Below the pieces are notes generated by a model. It searched no databases. It saw only the letters and a list, made by a program, of their open reading frames with translations, and was not told the origin of the DNA. From NCBI GenBank assembly GCA_049942965.1, contig CP188088.1, positions 420,001 to 452,000 of the forward strand: a stretch of DNA of 32,000 nucleotides, written 5' to 3'. The number at the start of each line of letters is the position of its first letter. Position 1 is the stretch's first letter. Below, piece by piece: positions 1 through 7,630 of the stretch. Source of the DNA: Candidatus Saccharimonadota bacterium. GTDB lineage: Bacteria > Pseudomonadota > Gammaproteobacteria > Enterobacterales > Enterobacteriaceae. The position numbers were made by a program, and so were the translations under genes.

Positions 1-653
1 GTCATTTGTCCGTTTTTATTTGGAGCTAAAAATAAATGTCTTTCTTTAATTGCCCTAATAGCATCAATAGCAATATTAATGTTGCCATCAGTACCATTTT
101 TAAATCCAACTGGACAAGATAATGCTGAAGCCATTTCTCTATGAATTTGACTTTCAGTGGTTCTTGCTCCTATTGCACCCCAACTAATTAAATCAGCTAT
201 AAACTGACCTATTACCATATCTAAAAATTCCGTTGCAGCTGGCATTCCTATAGCGTTGATATCTAATAATAGTTTTCTAGCAACTGACAAACCGTGATTA
301 ACTCTAAAACTACCATTTAAATCTGGATCAGCGATTAATCCTTTCCAACCGACGACAGTTCTAGGTTTTTCAAAATAAGTTCTCATAATAATCTCTAAAC
401 GATCCTTATATTTATTTCTTAAATCATTTAAATTATGAGCATATTCCATAGCTGCTATAGGATCGTGAACTGAGCAAGGACCAATAACTACTAATAATCG
501 TTTATCTTCACCCGTAATAATTTTTGCTATATTGTTCCTAGTTAAGATTACATTGTCCATAATTTCTGGAGTAATTGGATATTTTTTTGCCAATTCTAAT
601 GGAGTGATTAATGGATCTATTCTGACTGTACGCAATTCATCTGTTTTTTTCAT
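1..653 (-). CDS. aroH: Class I 3-deoxy-7-phosphoheptulonate (DAHP) synthase; only the N-terminal ~217 codons are present, the rest lies beyond position 1
   Basis: My own minus-strand translation from the ATG (cat at 651-653) gives MKKTDELRTVRIDPLITP..LLVVIGPCSVHD..YFEKPRTVVGWKGLIADPDLNGS..ISWGAIGARTTESQIHREMASALSCPVGFKNGTDG. The frame stays open to the window edge. It is collinear with my recollection of enterobacterial AroH/G/F, and the N-terminus is most AroH-like. It is missing from the ORF track because it runs off the window. Confidence 0.9.
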   Translation of the reverse strand, partial: MKKTDELRTVRIDPLITPLELAKKYPITPEIMDNVILTRNNIAKIITGEDKRLLVVIGPCSVHDPIAAMEYAHNLNDLRNKYKDRLEIIMRTYFEKPRTVVGWKGLIADPDLNGSFRVNHGLSVARKLLLDINAIGMPAATEFLDMVIGQFIADLISWGAIGARTTESQIHREMASALSCPVGFKNGTDGNINIAIDAIRAIKERHLFLAPNKNGQM

Positions 654-1388
654 ATTGCTCTCTATAATTTGTATTTTAAAATCTAATTTTTTTTTTGAAT
701 AATTTTTAATAAATCATTTTTAATTAAATATCTTAAAAAAAAACTAGCTAAAAAGCTATACACATAAATTTTTATGGTTCTTGTAAAGGTATTTCATAAT
801 AATGAAATAACTTATGTCATAATCTAAAACAATTAAAAAAATTAAAAAACTACAACTACTTCAAAAATAATGCTAGATAAAAATTTATCTATAAACAATT
901 TTTGTAAATTTAAAAAAAAATTTATTAAAGTAATAATGAAAAATATGTTTTTACATTATTCTGTAAATATTTAATTTTTGTAGAAAACATTAGTACAAAT
1001 CATATTTACTTTAATTTAAAAAAATAGTTTAATTTAAAAAATTTTTGTTTATTAATTTAACTCGTTCAAAAAAACAACTATATTAAGCGCTCTTTTTTAT
1101 TGATAACAACATACTAAAAAAAACCTTATAAATCAAATATAAATCAAACGTAAAAAAATAAATCAATATTTAATATTTTAATGTTTCTAAAGTACTGAAT
1201 ACAAATAATATAAAATTTAATAGAAAAATAAGTCTGTTTTTAATAATATAAATTTTTACAATTAAAACATAATCTTTTAAAAATTTTTTTAAATATTTTG
1301 TATCTCAAAACATAAATAATCAATTAAAAAAATTTTTTTCTAAACTAAGTAAAAAATAAAATTAAATAAAATAATATCAAAATTAACA

Positions 1389-1423
1389 ATTAAAAATTAA
1401 AAATTAAAAACTAAAAACTAAAT
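1389..1423. repeat. Five tandem copies of a 7-bp unit (ATTAAAA x3, ACTAAAA, ACTAAAT) in the aroH-sufA spacer
   Basis: Read directly from attaaaa attaaaa attaaaa actaaaa actaaat. This is a low-complexity microsatellite in AT-rich non-coding DNA. Confidence 0.6.
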
Positions 1424-1722
1424 CTTTAATTTTATAAATTAGTTAAAATTACTAAAAAACTAACAAAATTGTTGAAGATCTTATCTTAATTTAAATTATA
1501 CAATTTTATAATGTTCCTTGAAAAATTTTATCATTAAATAATTTTTTTATATTACTGAAATTTTTTTAAACTCTAAAAAAAATAATAAAAAACAAATTTA
1601 TTTTGAATTAATTTAAAAAATATTTTAAAAAAGTAAAAATTCAAACAAAAAAAATGTTATGATATCATCATTTAATGATGATGAATTAACTTTAAAAACT
1701 AATTGCATTTTTATAAAATTTT

Positions 1723-2091
1723 ATGAAAAATAGAAATAATACATTATCTTTAATACATTCAAATAAAAATAATATAAAGATCACTAAACATGCTGAAAAA
1801 CAAATTCATAAACTGATATCTAAAAAAAAAAGTATGGGAGTTAGAATTAATATTAAAAAATCTGGTTGTGCTGGTTTTAAATATTACTTACAAACAATAT
1901 CTAAAAAAAAAAAACAAGATCTAACTTTTAATTATTCAAATTTTATTATTTCTATACCTATAGAAAATATAAAAATGATATATGGATTGAAAATAGATTA
2001 TGTACAAGATGGAATTAATAAAATATTTAAATTTGAACATCCAAAAATAGAAAACTTTTGTGGTTGTGGTAAAAGCTTTAATATAAAATAA
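1723..2091 (+). CDS. sufA: A-type iron-sulfur cluster carrier (HesB/IscA/SufA family)
   Basis: 122-aa ORF with an ATG start. It carries the three family cysteines: GCAGFKY (SufA has GCAGFGY) and a C-terminal CGCGKSF. The segment INKIFKFEHPKIENFCGCGKSF parallels my recollection of E. coli SufA [22 protein letters not shown]. Position near aroH, tyrS and nth matches the E. coli sufA (ydiC) neighbourhood. Confidence 0.8.
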   Translation: MKNRNNTLSLIHSNKNNIKITKHAEKQIHKLISKKKSMGVRINIKKSGCAGFKYYLQTISKKKKQDLTFNYSNFIISIPIENIKMIYGLKIDYVQDGINKIFKFEHPKIENFCGCGKSFNIK

Positions 2092-2118
2092 AAAAATCAC
2101 CAATAAATAGAACCATTT

Positions 2119-3396
2119 TTATTCCCAACATAACAAAGAAAAATGTTTTTTTCCTTTCTGTAACAAAGTAAATCTATTAAATAATTTTTCATTATTAGTT
2201 ATAATATGATTTTCATTTAATACTTTTTTCATATTTATAGAAATTGCATTAGAAAAAATCATTTGTTTTGCTTGTGTTCGAGAAGAACATAATTTAGAAA
2301 TTACCAATGCTTCTTTTAGAGTAATATTTCCTTTAATTTTAACAGAAAATAACCCATCTTTTTCTAACTGTTCAAAATCAGAAATTTGTAATTTCTCTAT
2401 CGAACCAAAGAATAAACATTCAGTAATTCTAACTGCTGATCTCATAGCTGATTCTCCATGCACTAACTTTGTTATTGTTTTAGCTAATTTTATTCGGTCT
2501 CTAAAACAAAAATCATATTTTTTATTATTTTCAAATTCCATTTTTTTAATATTTTTATAACTATAAAACGTAAACCACTTAAAAAAAGAGTATACATCTT
2601 TATCTTCTATATTTATCCAAAACTGATAAAACAAATATGGGGTAGTTTTAGTCGAATCTAACCAAATTGGTTTTCCTTGACTTTTTCCCATTTTTTCTCC
2701 AGAACTATTAACAAACAAAGGAACAGTTAATCCAAATGCTTGTTTTCCAGACAATCTTTTTATTAAATGAATACCAGAAACAATATTTCCCCATTGATCC
2801 GAACCTCCTATTTGCAAACAAACTTTGTATTTTTCATGCAAAATATAAAAATCATATGATTGCAATAAACTATAAGAAAATTCTGTAAAAGAAATTCCAT
2901 GTCCTATACGATTAATTCTCTCTCTTACTGAATCTCTAGAAATCATTTTATTAATTGAATAATGTTTACCGATCTCTCGTAAAAAATAAATAATTTCCAT
3001 TTTTTTAAACCAATCATAATTATTTAAAATAATTGCATTATTTGATTGGTTGTTGTTGTTTAAAAAAGAAGAAATTTGCAATGATATTTTTTTATTCCAA
3101 TTTTTTATATCATTAACAGTATTTAATACTCTTTCTTGTCTTTTAAAACTAGGATCTCCAATTAAACTAGTTGCTCCTCCAATTACAATTATTGGAATAA
3201 ACCCAAAATTTTGAAAACGTTTTAAAACCAATAAAGGTATTAAATGTCCTAAATGGAGGCTATCTGCAGTAGAATCAAAACCACAATAAACTGAACGCAA
3301 GTTTGATGATTTAATTTCCTCAACTATTTTTTTTTCATCACTAATTTGGAAAATTAAATTTCTTAATTTTAATTCATCAATTATATTTTTAAACAT
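2119..3396 (-). CDS. tyrS: Tyrosyl-tRNA synthetase
   Basis: 425-aa ORF with an ATG start preceded by AGGAAT. It has the class I HIGH motif (SLHLGHL), a KMSKS-type motif (GEKMGKS) and a C-terminal S4-like region. Length is typical for TyrS. Confidence 0.95.
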   Translation of the reverse strand: MFKNIIDELKLRNLIFQISDEKKIVEEIKSSNLRSVYCGFDSTADSLHLGHLIPLLVLKRFQNFGFIPIIVIGGATSLIGDPSFKRQERVLNTVNDIKNWNKKISLQISSFLNNNNQSNNAIILNNYDWFKKMEIIYFLREIGKHYSINKMISRDSVRERINRIGHGISFTEFSYSLLQSYDFYILHEKYKVCLQIGGSDQWGNIVSGIHLIKRLSGKQAFGLTVPLFVNSSGEKMGKSQGKPIWLDSTKTTPYLFYQFWINIEDKDVYSFFKWFTFYSYKNIKKMEFENNKKYDFCFRDRIKLAKTITKLVHGESAMRSAVRITECLFFGSIEKLQISDFEQLEKDGLFSVKIKGNITLKEALVISKLCSSRTQAKQMIFSNAISINMKKVLNENHIITNNEKLFNRFTLLQKGKKHFSLLCWE

Positions 3397-3579
3397 AATA
3401 ATTAATTCCTAAATTCTGATTTTTTAATTCAACACACAAACTATTAACTGAAATGGTTGTAAATATATAAAAATCATTAAAAAAAAACATTTTTAATTCA
3501 ATATAAAAAATATAAAGAAAATAAATTTTTATTACATAAATTCTATTAAAAAAATAATAATCATTTATTTTTTTTTACA

Positions 3580-5850
3580 CTAAAAATCAACAGGGTCTAG
3601 ATCTATTTTCCAATTAATTTTTTTAAAATATCTGTTTTTTTTAACAACACGAACTAATTTTTTTAAAAATCTATGTGTTCTATATCTAGAAGAAGTTTGT
3701 AAAATAAGAACATGAGAGTTGAATTTAAAAATAAAACTTTTAAAATTAAATATTGGACCGTAAACCCATAAAAATTTTGAACTAGTTATACATAAATCTA
3801 AAATAACAGTTTTTAAAAAAGAAAAAAAATTTTTACAATAATGTAAATCTTTATTAACAACACTTATTATTGCATGATTTCTAAAAGGAGGTAATTTCTT
3901 TTTTTTGCAAAAAAGAAATAAATACTTAGAAAAATCAAAATAAGTATCATTTTTCATTAAATTTAAAAAATATTTTTCATTGATAAAGGTAGTTTGAAAA
4001 AAAATTTCAACTATTTTAACACTATTTAAAAATAAATTAATTATTTGAAAATAAAATTGAGAAAAATATTCAAAAATACGATAACTATAGACATAAAAAA
4101 TGTAATCTATGGATAAAAAAATAATAATTTTTTTTAATGTATTTTGAAAAACAGAAGAATTTTCTTTATTTTTGTATATATAAATATAGTTGTAACTATA
4201 ACTAAAATCTAATTTTTTTAATTTAAAACAAAAATTTTTATCTAAAAAATCAAAAAAATATTTTTGATTATATTTAAAAAAAATTCTTTTTACTAATTTT
4301 ATGCAATCATTAAAACTATATTTTTTTATTTTTAAAAAATTTGAACCACAACTAAAACATACAATCGGCTTAGAAATGCTAAATAGACAATTTCTACAAA
4401 ACAAAAGATTATTTCGATAATCAAAATTATAAAGACAAAGACAAACTAAACATCTTGCTTCCCAATTACATTTTTTACATTTTAATTTAAAAAAAAATAC
4501 TATTAATTTATTAAAAATTAAAATTATCGAATTATTTCTATTTAAGGAATATTTTAAGTATTCTATTAATTCATAAGAGAATATTTCATAAAAGCTACCT
4601 TTATTTGCATTTATTAAACTTGTCTTTATTAAGTTAGTTTGTTTATTTATATAAAATGAATTAATTTTTAATTTTTTATATTTGCCAATATTTAAATTAT
4701 ACAAACTGTTTAAAGAAGGAGTATTTGATTGAAGAATGATTGAAACATTTTCAATTTTAGCTCGAAGAATAGCTAAATTTCTTACGTTAAAAGATATTGA
4801 ACCTGATTTTTTATAAGCAAGATCATGTTCTTCAACGACTAGAATCAAACCAAGAGAGGAAAAAGGCATAAACAAAGATCTAGACGTACCTATTAAGATA
4901 GCAATTTCTGAATTATTTATTTTATTCCAAACTAAAACATGTCTTTTGTTGGAAGTTTTTGAATGTATATAATCAACAGGAAAATCAAAATTAGATTGAA
5001 TGAAAGAAAAATAAGCACGTAAATCAACTTTATTAGGAACTAAAATTAATATTTGAGAACCTTTATTTAAGACTAAGTTAAACAAATTTTGAAAAAAAAT
5101 ACTTTTTAAAAAAACTATTCTAAGTTCAATTAATAAATAAACAAAAAATTTTTTTTCATGTTCTCCAAAAATATTAAAAATAAAATCTTTATTTCTAATT
5201 TTCTTTATCAAATCCTTAAATTTAATTAAATCTAACCAAATAGAATCTTTTCTAGAAACTAAAGAAAAACTACATAATCCATCGTCTTTTAATTTTTTAA
5301 AAATAGAAGAAGAAATTTTTAATTTATTTAGTTCATATGGAAAAATATTTTTTGTTTTTAATAATTCTAAGACATCGAAACATTCCTTATCATAGGATGA
5401 TATATCTAAATTATTTTCTTTTCCTTTATTTGTTATTTTCCAATGAAAAAATAAATCAGTTTGCAAAAATTTATCTATTTTAAATAATTTTGGTAAAAAA
5501 TAGAATAAAGTATATCCAAAAGGTTGAAAATAATATTTTGAAATCCAATTTAAAAAATTTAACAAATTAATTGTATAAATAGGATTTTTATCAATTAAAA
5601 AACAAATTCTTTTCAATTTAATATATATATTTCTTTTTTTTGAAGAACAAAAAGAAACAACAATACCTATCAATTTCAACTTTTTAAATGGAACTAAAAC
5701 ACGAGATCCTATTATAGGATAGTCTATATTTTTATTTTTTAAAAACAAATATTCAAATTTTTTTTCCGAAAAAATAGGAAAAACTACACTTAGTATAAAC
5801 AACTTATACCCAAATTTTAAAGTTTTTATTTTAATAAATAAAAATATCAA
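3580..5850 (-). CDS. priA: Primosomal replication-restart protein N' (PriA) homologue with a divergent helicase core
   Basis: 756-aa ORF with a TTG start. The N-terminus (GSRVLVPFKKLKLIGIVV) and the four-Cys-pair zinc region (CKKCNWEARCLVC..CRNC..CFSCGS) are collinear with PriA. IGTSRSLF, VVEEHD and SNTPSL align to PriA helicase motifs. The C-terminus LWVYGPIF..WKIDLDPVDF matches the PriA C-terminal domain. Catalytic motifs look eroded (see findings). Confidence 0.85.
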   Translation of the reverse strand: MIFLFIKIKTLKFGYKLFILSVVFPIFSEKKFEYLFLKNKNIDYPIIGSRVLVPFKKLKLIGIVVSFCSSKKRNIYIKLKRICFLIDKNPIYTINLLNFLNWISKYYFQPFGYTLFYFLPKLFKIDKFLQTDLFFHWKITNKGKENNLDISSYDKECFDVLELLKTKNIFPYELNKLKISSSIFKKLKDDGLCSFSLVSRKDSIWLDLIKFKDLIKKIRNKDFIFNIFGEHEKKFFVYLLIELRIVFLKSIFFQNLFNLVLNKGSQILILVPNKVDLRAYFSFIQSNFDFPVDYIHSKTSNKRHVLVWNKINNSEIAILIGTSRSLFMPFSSLGLILVVEEHDLAYKKSGSISFNVRNLAILRAKIENVSIILQSNTPSLNSLYNLNIGKYKKLKINSFYINKQTNLIKTSLINANKGSFYEIFSYELIEYLKYSLNRNNSIILIFNKLIVFFFKLKCKKCNWEARCLVCLCLYNFDYRNNLLFCRNCLFSISKPIVCFSCGSNFLKIKKYSFNDCIKLVKRIFFKYNQKYFFDFLDKNFCFKLKKLDFSYSYNYIYIYKNKENSSVFQNTLKKIIIFLSIDYIFYVYSYRIFEYFSQFYFQIINLFLNSVKIVEIFFQTTFINEKYFLNLMKNDTYFDFSKYLFLFCKKKKLPPFRNHAIISVVNKDLHYCKNFFSFLKTVILDLCITSSKFLWVYGPIFNFKSFIFKFNSHVLILQTSSRYRTHRFLKKLVRVVKKNRYFKKINWKIDLDPVDF

Positions 5851-5940
5851 AATAACTTTTGAAAATCAAATTTCAAATTTAAATATTTTTATGAAAATAT
5901 CCTATCAATAAATTAAATTTAGCATATTTTTTAAGTTTTT

Positions 5941-6573
5941 TTAAATATTTTTATTTTTAAATTCACACAATTCATTAATAATACAAATTTTACATTTCAT
6001 TCTCCTAGCAGTACAAATGTATCTACCATGCAAAACAAACCAATTATGAAAATTTAATTTAAATTTGTTAGGAATAAGTTTTGTTATTTTTTTTTCTAGT
6101 GAAAAATAATTATTAGCTACAGCAAAATTAGTTCTATGACAAACACGATATACGTGAGTATCTATTCCAATTGTTTTCTTATTAAAAACAATATTTAAAA
6201 AGACATTAGCAGTTTTTCTTCCTACTCCAGGTAATTGCAATAAATTAATTTTATTTTTTGGAATTTTCCCAAAATATTTCTTATCTAACATATAAGATGT
6301 TTCGATAATATAATTTGCCTTTTTATTATAAAAATTAATATTTTTTATATATTTTTTTAATCTATTCAACCCCAGTCGAACCATTTTTTTTGGATTATTT
6401 GCTACTAAAAATAAATTTTTTGTAGATTTATTAACTATTGAATCTTTAGATCTAGCGGATAATAAAATTGCTATTAATAATTCAAAAGAACTTTTATATT
6501 TTAATTCTGTCTTCGGAAATGGATTACTTTCTTTAAATATTTTTAATATTTCTAATCTTTTTAACTTATTCAT
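5941..6573 (-). CDS. nth: Endonuclease III (DNA glycosylase/AP lyase)
   Basis: 210-aa ORF with an ATG start. It has the helix-hairpin-helix LPGVGRKTANV and the 4Fe-4S ligand pattern C-x6-C-x2-C-x5-C (CTARRMKCKICIINELC) near the C-terminus. Confidence 0.95.
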   Translation of the reverse strand: MNKLKRLEILKIFKESNPFPKTELKYKSSFELLIAILLSARSKDSIVNKSTKNLFLVANNPKKMVRLGLNRLKKYIKNINFYNKKANYIIETSYMLDKKYFGKIPKNKINLLQLPGVGRKTANVFLNIVFNKKTIGIDTHVYRVCHRTNFAVANNYFSLEKKITKLIPNKFKLNFHNWFVLHGRYICTARRMKCKICIINELCEFKNKNI

Positions 6574-6740
6574 TATTTGTACTTATAACAAAAATTATGA
6601 AACAAAAAATCTAATAAAACTCAATACGTCAAATAAATCTAACTTTATATAAATTATCTTTAAATTTAAATATTAATATTTCATTTAATTTTTTAGAATC
6701 TAAATCTCCAATAATATTTAACAATTTTAAATAAATGTTT

Positions 6741-7355
6741 TTAAAATAAAAAATTTTTGTTATTTAAAACTGTATCTACAATTACTTTTGTGACATAATC
6801 AACTTCAATATTAACAATATCCCCAACTATTCTATCACCGATATTAGTTCTAACTAAAGTATCCGGAATTAAATAAACAAAAAAAGATTTTTTTGTAATT
6901 TTACCTACTGTTAAACTAATTCCATCTATACAAATCGAACCTTTTTCAATTAAATATTTATTAAATTTGTTATCTTTTATTACTAATTCAATAGATTTAT
7001 TATTAAAACAGTTTTTTATTTTTAAAATAGAAGCAACTGCTGAAACATGTCCGTATACAATATGTCCTCCAATTTCTTCAGAAAATTTTTTAGATTTCTC
7101 TAAATTCAAATTATCATTTTTTTTTAAAAAACAAAAATTAGTAGAACTAAAAGTTTTTTTTATAATCTGAAAACTAACTAAATTGCCATTAATTTTAACT
7201 ACACTTAAACAACATCCGTTATTGGATATTGAAGAACCTAATTTTAAATTATTCAAAAAACTCAAATCTTGTATAAAAACAGTTAACACCAAAAACCCAT
7301 TTTTTTTTTTTAAAGAAAAAACTTTTGCTATCGTATCAATTATTCCAGTAAACAA
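6741..7355 (-). CDS. ribC: Riboflavin synthase (alpha chain)
   Basis: 204-aa ORF. The start codon is TTG (caa at 7353-7355), preceded by AGAGGA. It has the canonical MFTGII N-terminus and an internally duplicated lumazine-binding fold (..GSSISNNGCCLSV.. and ..GSICIDGISLTV..). This gene is also called ribE in some nomenclatures. Confidence 0.9.
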   Translation of the reverse strand: MFTGIIDTIAKVFSLKKKNGFLVLTVFIQDLSFLNNLKLGSSISNNGCCLSVVKINGNLVSFQIIKKTFSSTNFCFLKKNDNLNLEKSKKFSEEIGGHIVYGHVSAVASILKIKNCFNNKSIELVIKDNKFNKYLIEKGSICIDGISLTVGKITKKSFFVYLIPDTLVRTNIGDRIVGDIVNIEVDYVTKVIVDTVLNNKNFLF

Positions 7356-7428
7356 ATTGATTAATTCCTCTTAATTAATAAATTTAAAAAAAAATAAACT
7401 ATAAAAATTTAAAAAAAAAACTAAAATA

Positions 7429-7457
7429 TTGCAATGTAAAAAATAGTTGTTTAAAAT
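7429..7457 (+). promoter_or_regulatory. Candidate sigma70-type promoter (TTGCAA, 17 bp, TAAAAT) upstream of tRNA-Val and tilS
   Basis: The -35-like TTGCAA lies at 7429-7434 and the -10-like TAAAAT at 7452-7457, exactly 17 bp apart and about 55 bp upstream of the tRNA. Hexamers resembling a -10 box are common in DNA this AT-rich, so this is weak. Confidence 0.25.
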
Positions 7458-7512
7458 AACTTAAGAAAATATGTTTTTCATTATATTAACACTCAATTTA
7501 TTTAATAAATCT

Positions 7513-7586
7513 ACGTCCGTAACTCAGTTAGGTAGAGTATCACTATGACACGGTGAAAGCCAGTGGTTCAAATCCACTCGGACGTA
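7513..7586 (+). tRNA. tRNA-Val, anticodon GAC
   Basis: Folded by hand into a cloverleaf. Acceptor ACGTCCG/CGGACGT; D stem ACTC/GAGT; anticodon stem TCACT/GGTGA with loop A-T-GAC-A-C; variable loop AAGCC; T arm AGTGG-TTCAAAT-CCACT; discriminator A. It is collinear with my recollection of E. coli tRNA-Val(GAC). No CCA is encoded (taat follows). Confidence 0.9.
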
Positions 7587-7630
7587 TAATTTTTTTAAAA
7601 AAATTCTAAAAAAAATCTGGAAAAATAATT

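Noticed and set aside
1389-1423. Tandem 7-bp repeats as a possible CRISPR or regulatory array
   Set aside because: The units are contiguous with no spacers, are only 7 bp long, and are of the same low-complexity A/T composition as the surroundings. This is a microsatellite, not a CRISPR array.
654-1722. Replication origin (oriC) as the explanation for the 1-kb AT-rich spacer
   Set aside because: I found no cluster of DnaA boxes (TTATCCACA or its complement). There is only one imperfect match (ctatacaca near 764), and no flanking origin-associated genes such as gidA, mioC or dnaA.
6967-7374. Two + strand ORFs (67 and 63 aa) overlapping ribC
   Set aside because: They are antisense to the conserved riboflavin synthase gene, have no motifs, and have no independent intergenic start context.
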